In this document: positions 27,279 through 38,139 of the stretch, in pieces
How the letters are laid out: every line of letters begins with the position of its first letter
Numbering within the stretch: position 1 is the first letter of the stretch
Assembly: GCA_964270895.1 (NCBI GenBank)
Contig: OZ185435.1
Source: Podarcis filfolensis
Lineage: Eukaryota
Strand: one strand, 5' to 3'
Length of the DNA stretch: 64,000 nucleotides
Notes under the pieces: generated by a model
The model's database searches: none
What the model saw: only the letters and a program-made list of their open reading frames with translations
What the model was told of the DNA's origin: nothing
Translations under genes and position numbers: made by a program

Positions 27279-28829
27279 TGTGCACCGTGGAGCAGAATGG
27301 AGATGGGAGGCCCGCCATAGTTATGCAGAGGAGTCATCTGAGCCTAAGGAGGGGAGAGATGTTTCCAGCAACCCACTTCCACAGCCCCTCCAGATCTCCT
27401 TTTTATTGAGTATGTGTGATGATTTGTGTTCATGATGATATGAGGGCACTTAGACTTTCAATACTGTTCACGCTTGCAAAAGTTTCAGGGTGGGCATGTG
27501 CTTCCAATCGTATTGCATTTCTTTGACAATGGAGGTTACCATAGTGGTCAAGCTTTTTTTTTTTTCTTTAAAGGGGTGATGCCAAAAGGAAGGAGAGGCA
27601 TGGTTTGAAGAGGAAAGCAAGGGGGCAAGGGGAGCACTGGTATCCTGTGTCCCCACTCCTCAGGGCCGGCTACCAGAAAATGAATCTGAGCAACTAGCAG
27701 GTGGCTGTGATAATGTGAACGGGGATATCCTATAATTCATTAGATGGGGTTGCATCAGGCAGATAACAATGCTATGTGGTGCTCTCCCCTGATGCTGGCT
27801 GGGGCTGATAAAAGCTCTAATCCAAAACATCTGGAGGGCACCATGTTGACCACCCCTGGATGGGGGAGAAAATGAATTTGAGCAACAAATGGACATGGGT
27901 ATTGTCCTTTAGAGTGCATTAGAATGGCTTGCACATCTTCAGAGTCAAAAATGTAGAAAAGTATAGTTGGAAGATAATTGAAATTATGCTGAGAGCCTAT
28001 GCATTTTTATATATAGATGGTTGTTCTAAGAACTTTCCATTTTTATCAGCAGTAAGCTAGTTGGCTAATCCATATTGGGTGCCATTTTATGATGGATTGC
28101 ACTCAGGACCAATTGAAACCCAGCTCGCTTTAAAATTGATAGCACATAGACCAACAGTGGTGGTGCAGTTTTTCATTAAATGAAATGGAAAAGTGATTTC
28201 ATAATTCTTTCTGTCTTAGGTTGCTTTAAAAGAATTTTAGACAGTTAAAAATTGCATGGATTTTAAACCATATGTGTGAGAGTGGAAAAAAATAAAGGTT
28301 TGTGTTTTTCCTATTTTTAATATGAGCCAGATGAAACAAAAAGATTGTTTCCTTGCAAACTATGGGTCAAGTACCTCTATAGGCTTTAAGATGACTCTGT
28401 AAGCTATCATGTTATCTTTCTTTCTTGACAGTGTACCATTATGTGGTGTATCATTTCAGCATTTACTATCTTTCATGTCCTTTTATCTTCATGCTAGGAT
28501 TTCTTTTAAAATTCCAGTCTATACATTTGGTTTCATTACATAAGTCTGGCTTTTACAAAACAGATTTTTTTATATATAAAAAAAATGTTCCTCATTTTCT
28601 TCAGTTTCATATTTGCCAGAACTGACCTGAAACAGTATATTCGCTTTGTTGCTTTTATCATGGGAGATTAAGAAAAACAGTGCAGCAAATGAAGAAGAAG
28701 AAGAAAAGACTTCAGGTTGAAAGTCTGGGAAAACAGACTAGCAACACTGAATTTCACTAGGTTGTATGGAATGGGGACTGAGGCACCGACATAGACCTAA
28801 AGCTTATAAACAGTAGTCATATTGACAGA

Positions 28830-28950
28830 GTAGCATGAAATGTGCTGGGTGACCTTGGGCCAGTCGCTTTCTTTCAACCTAACCTACCTCACAGGCTTGT
28901 TATGAGTGTAAAATGGAAGGGGATCCAGGTAGACGACCCTGGAATATTTG
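28830..28950 (+). mobile_element. degraded CORE-like SINE fragment
   Basis: CTGGGTGACCTTGGGCCAGTCG...CCTAACCTACCTCACAGG. Confidence 0.6.
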
Positions 28951-29490
28951 AAGGAAATGTAGCACAAAAAATGTCACAATAACAATAAACAAATAATAGG
29001 TCAGATCCAGAGTTGCATGAAATGAAGGTCGCTTGTGCAGCTGAATTTTCCCTCCCCACTGCAGTTCCCTCCAGATCTGAAAATCCTCTCCAGAATGTTG
29101 AGGATCCTCCTGAAGAGGTGGAATGGCATAGGGCAAGGGGTGTTCTTCAATGGGAGATGGAATCACCTCTCACCAGTGGCCTCCACCTGTTTTTTTTCTG
29201 ATTTCCACCTCCAGGCTGCATGGCACTCTATTCAGGAGTTTCCAAACCCATCAAAGAGCTTTCAACAGATGCAATGGGGGCAGAGAAAAGAGGCAGGAAA
29301 GTGGTATGTCATGGAGACAATTCCTAGCACTCTTAACAAACTACAGTTCCCAGCATTCCCCATGGCTGTTAAAGTGGTATAATAGGGCTTTAAACATATG
29401 ATGGATCCAACCCAATATCTTAGTCATGAAATCATCCCCAAGGAGACCATTCATATGCTTTTTACTCTGTAGCTATCCTATAACCTTTTT

Positions 29491-29694
29491 TATATGCCTG
29501 TTGCCTTTGTCCATGGAGTTTTCTTGGCAGGGATACTGGAGTGGCTTGCCGGTTCCTGCTCCAGGTGGATCACGTTTGGTCAAAACTCTCCACTATGACC
29601 TGTCCATCTTGGGTGGCCCTGCACGGCATAGCTCATAGCTTCTCTGAGTTATTCAAGCCCCTTCGCCACGGCAAGGCAGTGATCCATGAAGGGG
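29491..29694 (-). mobile_element. BovB extreme 5' end, inverted segment of a composite insertion
   Basis: Reverse strand CCCCTTCATGGATCACTGCCTTGCCGTGGCGAAGGGGCTTG...GGCAAGCCACTCCAGTATCCCTGCCAAGAAAACTCCATGGAC resembles the BovB 5' UTR. Confidence 0.8.
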
Positions 29695-29727
29695 ATCACT
29701 TCATGGGGATCACTTTTTTTTTTTTTG

Positions 29728-29855
29728 GTTCTCGAAGCTACAAACATGAGCCTGACCAAACTGCGGGAGGCAGTGGAAGACAGGAGTGCCTGGCGTGCTC
29801 TGGTCCATGGGGTCACGAAGAGTCGGACACGACTAAACAACTAAACAACAACAAC
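29728..29855 (+). mobile_element. BovB extreme 3' end with (CAA)n tail
   Basis: Near-identical to the reverse complement of 751-880. Confidence 0.95.
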
Positions 29856-32051
29856 CTTTTTAAAAAGAAGCATTTGAGACCCCCCCCAAAAAAAATTAAA
29901 AATGCTACCAGTTTTAGTACTGCAAGGTTGGGGCTAAATTGTTGTTTTTTGTTGTTGTTTTTTACAAAAAGCATCTGGCAAATATTAGTCAAGCTTTAGC
30001 ACAGATAAATTGAATCAAAGAATGCTAACGCCATGAGAAGGGGAGAGAGAGAGAAAAGGAGAAGAGACTTGCTCAGTGCTGTAAGTGTATCAAAATGTTT
30101 TGCTCAAACTTTCATTTTCTTCCTGCAAGGGTAAACGTCTAGAACTGTTTCTTGTGGGCAGAATGCATCTGCTTCCCCTCAGCCCAAGTATGAAGCTATC
30201 AAAGCCGTTTTAAGGATTTCTTTTAATCTCATACACAAATTCTAGGGGAGGGGAGAAAAGCCTGACAGCAACGTGAGATCTTACATAAATTCTTATTCCC
30301 AAACCCCACCCCTGCACTTTCAAATGCATCTTCCCAAACAATTCATTTTATTTTCTCCCATGTATCAAAGATCATATTGGATTTTCTTTTGAGAAAAGAA
30401 AATAATTAAGCCATCCATAAAAGATTTGGCTGGTTAGGAACATAGCACCAGATAGAGTTACCTCAGGAGTTGAGGGGGCAGGAGACCAGGGAGAAGCATT
30501 AAAGAAAAATGAAGCACTAAGTTCAGCAATCTGGGGAATTAAATAAAAGGGGATGTTGTTTGGCTGGAGTCAAGGGGCATAGATCCCCTGTCAGTTGGGA
30601 GGTTACAAATAGAACTGCAGGCTTACCTTAAATAAATGCAGATTCTGTGGATTTTCTTGAAACAATTGAAGGCTAATTAAATTAGAATGGAGCAAGGAGT
30701 ATTTATAAGGTATTCCTCTGCTTATTTTCTGCTAAGTTCTTGGATTACCTGTGATTCCTTGGGAACATGAGGAAGATTGATCTCTGCATATGGCACCAGC
30801 AGAAATAGTTTATGTTGCAGCTCTCCATTCAGATGCACAGAGTGGGCTGAGAGGTAGCACTCCGAAAAGGCAACTACCAGGCTGTGAGGCAGGGGGAGAG
30901 ACAGACGTCATTGCGTGCCTGTACTTTTCAATACATATTGCTTGTTGAGTCCCCTTTGTTTGCATGGCCAACTGCTCTATATTATTTGCCTCTTTCAAAT
31001 GCATGTTTGCACTTGCAGCCAAATAGTTTGAAAAACTGAACGCCCTGAGAAGGGGTGCAGTTTGGGGTGTAAGAGTGAGCGAGCAAGCAAGCAAGCAAGC
31101 TATAGTTTATTTCTTCGTGTGCCCAGCAGGGCCAAAGATGAGTCACAGCTGCAGATAAAGGGACTTCTGGAGGCTTCTCAGGTCCTGAAAGCAGGAACTG
31201 CCTGCCACCGGTTGCCCCTGTTGAAGACTCCAACTGGTGTAACCTTCAGTCCACTTGACTCTAGAGCTGACTGGCTGCTGTGTTGAGAATGGCAGCACTT
31301 CCTTTTCTGTGTAGCACAGGAACAGCTATTTGCAGGCTGCTGCTGCTGCTGCTGCTTGGGCTGCAGGGGAAATCACCCACCACCCTTATTGAGGGTGGAG
31401 GTGGCTGCAATTATCAGTGCCTAAACCCCCACCACTGGGCTGCGGCATCAACTATACAGAAAGGGAGAGTTGTTTGGAGAGCCCCGCCCCCCTCATTGAC
31501 TACCATACTCTGAGTGGTTTAACCATCAATCTCTCTTCCCAGGGAATTCTGTGAATTCTGTGAGGGGAATAGCTCAGAGGAACCGCGCTCAGTACCCTTA
31601 ATAAACTACTGTTATACTTTGGGAGAAGTTGTGACTGTTTAAAGTGGTCTAGCACTACTTTAAATGTATGGCGCAGATCAGCTTTAAACTCTCTGCCACA
31701 GTCTTGAATAGAAGAGGGGGGAATTATAAAAGGCAAGGATTATAGGGAACAGGATAAGGAGGTCCAGAAAGTACCCGCTTCTGCTAGTGTCTATCCCTCT
31801 ATTAGAGAACGCCAACAGAATTAGAACCAAAATGGGAAGCCACTGAGAAACAAGGAGATTTCAGCATGCTGGGGAGAACCCCAAGTTTTGCACAGATACA
31901 ATAAAGATTTATAAACAAATAGCACACACCCCAAAGCAGCTTAATCAGAACTGAGCATGCTCAGTAAGCAGGGAATGTTGAGTGGCCACTGAAAAAGAAA
32001 AACACAAAAGAGGAAGTGGAATGCCCTACTTGATCTCCTTACTGCTTGTAG

Positions 32052-32078
32052 TATCCCAAAGAAAGGCATAGCTGGAAG
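32052..32078 (+). other. candidate 27-nt microexon
   Basis: tctccttactgcttgtAG | TATCCCAAAGAAAGGCATAGCTGGAAG | GTAAGT (perfect donor); frame-preserving length; no peptide recognised. Confidence 0.25.
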
Positions 32079-32394
32079 GTAAGTGGAATCACAAACAGGA
32101 TCAGTCCCAATAAAGAACAAGGATACAAAAGTATACTGAATGAGAAAGGGTGCTGTATGCGTTATAATTGTTTTTTTAAAGAATGCTAGTTTTTTGTTAT
32201 GCATACATTCTGATTTTCAAGTATGAATGCTTTTACACATATACGCAAAACAGCACCATCCACATACCTGAGGGAAGTGTAAGAATAGGCTTGAGGAAAT
32301 GCCAACATTTGCAGAAGTACAAAATATCTTTATAAAAGAGAACCCTAAAGGGGGAAAGGGAATCTCCCAATAAAGCCCAATGAGGACATTCTTT

Positions 32395-33174
32395 TGTTGT
32401 TGTTGTTGTTTAGTCGTTTAGTCGTGTCTGACTCTTCGTGACCCCATAGACCAGAGCACTCCAGGCACTTCTGTCTTCCACTGCCTCCCACAGTTTGGTC
32501 AAACTCATGCTGGTAGCCTTGAGAACACTATCCAACCATCTCGTCCTCTGTCGTCCCCTTTTCCTTGTGCCCTCCATCTTTCCCAACATCAGGGTCTTTT
32601 CCAGGGAGTCTTCTCTTCTCATGAGGTGGCCAAAGTATTGGAGTCTCAGCTTCAGGATCTGTCCTTCCAGCGAGCACTCAGGGCTGATTTCCTTCAGAAT
32701 GGATACGTTTGATCTTCTTGCAGTCCATGGGACTCTCAAGAGTCTCCTCCAGCACCATAATTCAAAAGCATCAATTCTTCGGTGATCAGCCTTCTTTATG
32801 GTCCAGCTCTCACTTCCATACATCACTACTAGGAAAACCATAGCTTTTACTATACGGACCTTTGTTGGCAAGGTGATGTCTCTACTTTTTAAGATGCTGT
32901 CTAGGTTTGTCATTGCTTTTCTCCCAAGGAGCAGGCGTCTTTTAATTTTGTGACTGCTGTCACAATCTGCAGTGATCATGGAGCCCAAGAAAGTAAAATC
33001 TCTCACTGCCTCCATTTCTTCCCCTTCTATTTGCCAGGAGGTGATGGGATCAGTGGCCATGATCTTCGTTTTTTTGATGTTGAGCTTCAAACCATATTTT
33101 GCGCTCTCCTCTTTCACCCTCAATAAAAGGTTCTTTAATTCCTCCTCATTTTCTGCCATCAATGTTGTGTCATT
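32395..33174 (-). mobile_element. BovB LINE, 5'-truncated (about 780 bp), intact 250-aa RT C-terminal ORF at 32410-33162
   Basis: DTTLMAENEEELKNLLLRVKEESAKYGLKLNIKKTKIM...FTFLGSMIT...YFGHLMRREDS; (CAA)n tail; truncated at the YADD motif. Confidence 0.97.
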
Positions 33175-33197
33175 GCGTCAACCCGAGGTACCACTGT
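33175..33197. mobile_element. orphan right terminus of a Tigger-like MITE
   Basis: AACCCGAGGTACCACTG followed by TA, matching the end of 25639-25873. Confidence 0.6.
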
Positions 33198-33844
33198 AGT
33201 ATATTGGACCAGACATAGTACTGCTTGGAGGAAAGACCCACTGAAATCAATGGGACTACTTTAAGTCTGGATCTAAGCCTGTATCAGCTGCATGATAATA
33301 ATCACAGTTTCTCTTACCTCTTCAGGAAAAGGAAGCATCAGTACAGGGAATAAAGAAATATATTTTGTTTAAAAAGTCAAGCAGAATAAAAATCCCATTT
33401 GCCTTCAGAACATCTCTCAAGAATTCAATGCTGTAATGAACTAATTTTCTAGCAATGTTTGCTACTGTTACAATTAAGTGATCAGCAAGCAATCCTAAAC
33501 TTGCAATTTGTCTGCTACTTTCCTCCCAAGTCTATTTTAAACCTCTTTGGAGCATTTCATAACATTTATACAAACCATATGCAAAGCACATGTGTTCCAT
33601 CTTAAGGCTATGGGAGCAACATAAATTTCATGCGCAAAATATGTCAGACACATGTGCACACGTCCCCTAGCCACATGTATTTTGGGTCAGGAATAAATCC
33701 AGCAGTGTTTTAATAAGTGCATTTATTTGAGAGATGGCATCAAAAATCAGTCATGTGCAATTTGACTTAAGGGTTGGAGTTGGTCACTGTGTTGCCCAAG
33801 TTGCACACCAACCAATAATTTGTTATTCTTCTATGGATGTTAAA

Positions 33845-34190
33845 AGGTAAAGGTACCCCTGACCGTTAGGTCAAGTCTCGAACGACTCTGGGGTTGCAGC
33901 ACTCATCTCGCTTTATTGGCCAAGGGAGCTGGTGTACAACTTCTGGGTCATGTGGTCAGCATGACTAAGCCGCTTCTGGCGTACCAGAGCAGTGCACGGA
34001 AACACTGTTTACCTTCCCGCCGGAGCGGTACCTATTTATCTACTTGCACTTTGACGTGCTTTCGAACTGCTAGGTTGGCAGGAGCAGGGACCGAGCAACG
34101 GGAGTTCACCCCATTGCGGGGATTCGAACTGCCAACCTTCTGATCGGCAAGTCCTAGGCTCTGTGGTTTAACCCACAGCGCCACCTGTGT
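33845..34190 (-). mobile_element. full-length Sauria SINE
   Basis: Colinear with 19256-19603; shares the GGTACCCCTGACCGTTAGG tail variant and a 29-bp extension. Confidence 0.95.
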
Positions 34191-35528
34191 TACTTATGCA
34201 CATATATTGAGATTCTGCATTGGACAGTGTCATGGAATAGGGTTTATTCTGAACAAGCCTATATCTAGCACTCCCAGAACTGCTACAAGATGAGCCTAAG
34301 CCAACTAGGTTTCAGTCTGCGGTCTGCACCCAATGGCAGCCACCAAATCACCTCCTTCACTAAACTTAGGGTCCACAAACATCTGGAAGCTTTCCAGCTT
34401 ATCTTTCTCTGTGCAACTATGAAGTGTAGCAGGCCTGTCCCTAGGCAAGGTTCCACAAATGACAAACTGTTAGTTTAAAGAATTTTATTGCAAACCAGGA
34501 ACTGCAAAACTAACATGACAAAAAGATTTATTCAGGGGAAAAAACATAATTTCATGTATGCAGAAGCAAACTTGGTAACCAATACTCTGAGTCTATACAT
34601 TAAATAAATAATTCAGACTTGCAGAGACTCCAAAATATGGATCATCTGAAAGCATTTTATGTTCTCTTCCACTTCACAGAGACTATCACTAGCAGTATCT
34701 AATGAAGAACTATAGAACCAGATTCAGAAAGGGGTCCTTCCTTATGAAAAGAAGAATCTGCTTGAAAGAAGAGTGGTGGAAACTCGTAGTTCCATATAGT
34801 GGAAATGGTAGATTTTGAGGTCTCCCACTAAACAGGATCACATACACAAGGCTTAAAATTAGACATCATTTACAGAATATGGTACTAATATAATACAAAT
34901 AGCATCCTTTGAGGATAGGGAGAAGTTAGTGCTGCTCTGAGTCCCATCAGGATCTTACCTTTATTGACTTGCATTCTGGATCACCACTGGTCCACCTGGA
35001 CCATCATTAATTGTATGGGAGACTGGGGGCATTTCCACACTTACCATTTATAGCAGCATATTGGCTGGGGGGGGGTTCAACTTTTTCTGGCCTGCTGCCA
35101 CATGATATCCTCATTATACAGCTAGTATTCTGGTATAGCATGCTTTTTTTTTAAGATGCCTTCTCTTCTATTGCAGTCTTTTTTGGTGAAAGATGGAATG
35201 CATCCTCCACATTTTTGTTTGTGTGGCATGTGTACAGGAATCCTCACTTTTCCCTGTGGATAAGGTGTGAGGTTGGCGGCTGTGGTTTAGGAGATGTCTG
35301 TTTTTTTGCCACTTCCCTCTGACCAGTGTGAGCCACAAGTTTGCAATTTCAGTTCTGCGGAGATATATGACAGATAGCGACAATGAGTCAAAGGAATGCT
35401 CATGCCAGTAATCTTTAGCTGCAGTTAAAATTTCATCACAATAACCAAATTCTCCATCCTTTAGGTAGACATGCGCTTACTCTTCTAATCTCCTATACTT
35501 CCACAAGATTAGAATTCTGGAGTACTAG

Positions 35529-35530
<2 letters not shown>

Positions 35531-35571
<41 letters not shown>
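35531..35571. repeat. (GT)n microsatellite
   Basis: direct reading. Confidence 0.95.
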
Positions 35572-35572
<1 letters not shown>

Positions 35573-36107
35573 CACAAAGGGGCTACCCCACATGCATGCT
35601 CGTAACTCTGACATTTACTGGCTGGAGGAAAATGAGGGTATGAAAGCAATTGATTTTTTTTAAAAAAAAAATTCAGGCACAACCTGCCATCAGTGTGGAA
35701 AGGAAAAGCCCACATTCACCCTCTAATAACAGCAGCATGTGACCCAAGGTGCAGACAATGAGCTACAAATTTGTTCTTTAAAACTTCTTTTCTTTAAAAT
35801 CAAACAGCAATTATACCACCATAAATGGAAAGTGTGAAAAGGCCCTTGGTCTGATCAGCCTGCAGTTCTGCTTATGGAAGACTAAAGGAAGACTGAATGT
35901 GTCCCATTTAAGCTTACTTGTTTGGATCTATTAAAAGTGAAACGGTGTGCCTGTATTTCCATGCACTTATCGCAAAAAAGATAAATACAGAAAGGATTGT
36001 AATTTTATTGTATCCCTGGAATACACCTGTAGAAAGGAATAGTATTGGCCCCCTATGACAGCCGGTATGGAGTGAATTTTGCCAGTTTGCACTGTTGTTT
36101 TTCAGGG

Positions 36108-36108
<1 letters not shown>

Positions 36109-36157
<49 letters not shown>
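36109..36157. repeat. (AAT)n microsatellite
   Basis: direct reading. Confidence 0.95.
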
Positions 36158-36158
<1 letters not shown>

Positions 36159-36858
36159 CTCACTGCAACCACTCTGGGCAGCTTACAACACATATTATAT
36201 ATGTGTCTCCTTAGTTGGATTATTTAAGATGACAAAAAATAACATCCAGATCCTGCTATTGCTTTTACAGTATAAATCACTTGCAAAGGGGTGATCAAAG
36301 CAAAGCTAAGCAAATTTCTCATCCTGTTGATTTCAGTGAGATTAAAAGTAAGCATATGACTAACTCATATATGCCCAAGTTGTTTACTGAGTGCAGCTTA
36401 ATGTCATATCCAATAGGAGATACAAATCTAGCACTACTCGAATGTTAAAAATATGTTCCTCATTTTAAGTGCTAAATATCTGGTCTACAGTGCTAAAAAT
36501 GGAAGGTTCAACCTTATAACATGGGAAAGATGGGAAGAAGTTATATATACATGTGAGGAAAACTGATATCACTTTATCATATGCTTCAGAATTTTAGTAG
36601 ATTCTTAACACTTTGCTTTTTCAATTTTGCATTTAGATCATAATAATCTCAAAAACTAAATATTCCTAGCTGATATGTTTGGCTACATGGATGTATTTCT
36701 CTGGCCTGAACTCACAACCCAAAAGGCAAAATAAAATAAAAATTTTAAGCATGACTTGGGACATGACTGAATCAAAGTTATGCACTTGTAAGTTCTATCC
36801 ATTGATTTCAAGAAAAGACAGCACTTAAAAGTGTTCTCTTTACATTATAATTTATGTA

Positions 36859-36907
36859 ACATACATACATACATACATACATACATACATACATACATAC
36901 ATACATA
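36859..36907. repeat. (ACAT)n microsatellite
   Basis: direct reading. Confidence 0.95.
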
Positions 36908-36983
36908 ACTTAACAGGCAGTGAGACAAATAATGCAATATTTAGCAGAAATTGACCTGCAGCAGAATGCAAGCAGTGCTGAAT

Positions 36984-37135
36984 CAGTGCTTTTTTTCTGG
37001 GAGGACGCAGGGGTACACATACCCCTAAACATTTCGTGAATCTAAGTTTGGCCTCATTGAGGGGCAATATTTCAATATGAGTAGGAAAATGAGAGTACCG
37101 CTAAACATATTTTTTTTAGAAAAAAAAAAGCTCTG
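36984..37135. mobile_element. hAT-like MITE
   Basis: TIRs CAGTGCTTTTTTT / AAAAAAAGCTCTG; imperfect TSD GTGCTGA(A)T. Confidence 0.7.
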
Positions 37136-37333
37136 GTGCTGATAGTGATGAACACAGCCTGGAACTGAAATTGCTGCCTTATTAGCTCCCACCTCTCATC
37201 CAATAGTATTTCTCTCCCACCTTGCCCACTCTTTCTACTTGTCTGTAATCAGCACCTGAAGGTTACAAATAGATATACAGAATATTTGATAATTTGGAAT
37301 GCAGCAACCTTGTATGCAACCCTCATCTATCCT

Positions 37334-37725
37334 ATGGAGGGTATTAAGCAGAGGTTAGATGGTCATCTGTCATGTATGATCTAGTTGAGATTCCTGCATT
37401 GCAGAGGGTTGGACTAGACCAGGGGTCAGCAAACTTTTTCAGCAGGGGGCCGGTCCACTGTCCCTCAGACCTTGTGGGGGGCCTGACATTATTTTTTTTG
37501 GGGGGGTGAACAAATTCCTATGCCCCACAAATAAAACCAGAGATGCATTTTAAATAAAAGCACACATTCTACTCATGTAAAAACACACTGATTCCCAGAC
37601 CGTCCGCGGGCTAGATTTAGAAGGCCATTGGGCCAGATCTGGCCCCCGGGCCTTAGTTTGCCTACCCATGGACTAGACAATCCTCGGGGATTCCTTCCAA
37701 CCCTGCAATTCTATGATTCTGTGAT
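37334..37725 (+). mobile_element. CR1 3' end interrupted by a hAT MITE
   Basis: AAGCAGAGGTTAGATGGTCATCTGTCA...GAGATTCCTGCATTGCAGAGGGTTGGACTAGAC [MITE] ...CCTTCCAACCCTGCAATTCTATGATTCT. Confidence 0.85.
37420..37670 (-). mobile_element. hAT MITE, same family as 3191-3511
   Basis: TIRs CAGGGGTCAGCAAAC / GTTTGCCTACCCATG; TSD GACTAGAC at 37412-37419 and 37671-37678. Confidence 0.93.
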
Positions 37726-37749
37726 TTGAACTTCAGTCTCCCTGCTTGA

Positions 37750-38139
37750 GGGACGCAGGTGGCGCTGTGGGTTAAACCACAGAGCCTAGGACTTGCCGAT
37801 CAGAAGGTCAGCAGTTCGAATCCCCGCAACGGGGTGAGCTCCCGTTGCTCAGTCCCTGCTCCTGCCAACCTAGCAGTTCGAAAGCACGTCAAAGTGCAAG
37901 TAGATAAATAGGTACCACTCTGGTGGGAAGGTAAACGGCGTTTCCATGCGCTGCTCTGGTTTTTGTGTTCCGTTGCACCAGAAGCGGCTTAGTCATGCTG
38001 GCCACATGACCCGGAAAAACTGTCTGCAGACAAACACCGGTTCCCTTAGCCTGTAAAGCGAGATGAGCACCGCAACCCCAGAGTCATTTGCAACTGGACT
38101 TAACTGTCAGGGGTCCCTTTACCTTTACCTTTACCTTTA
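37750..38139 (+). mobile_element. full-length Sauria SINE
   Basis: GGGACGCAGGTGGCGCTGTGGGTTAAACC head, (ACCTTT)n tail. Confidence 0.95.

Noticed and set aside
31289-31513. Signal-peptide-like ORF MAALPFLCSTGTAICRLLLLLLLGLQG with good Kozak context
   Set aside because: The leucine run comes from a (CTG)n repeat, there is no splice donor after it and no CpG-island promoter
32410-33162. 250-aa ORF as a host gene or domesticated RT
   Set aside because: Near-identical to other BovB copies in the window and truncated at YADD; simply a young insertion
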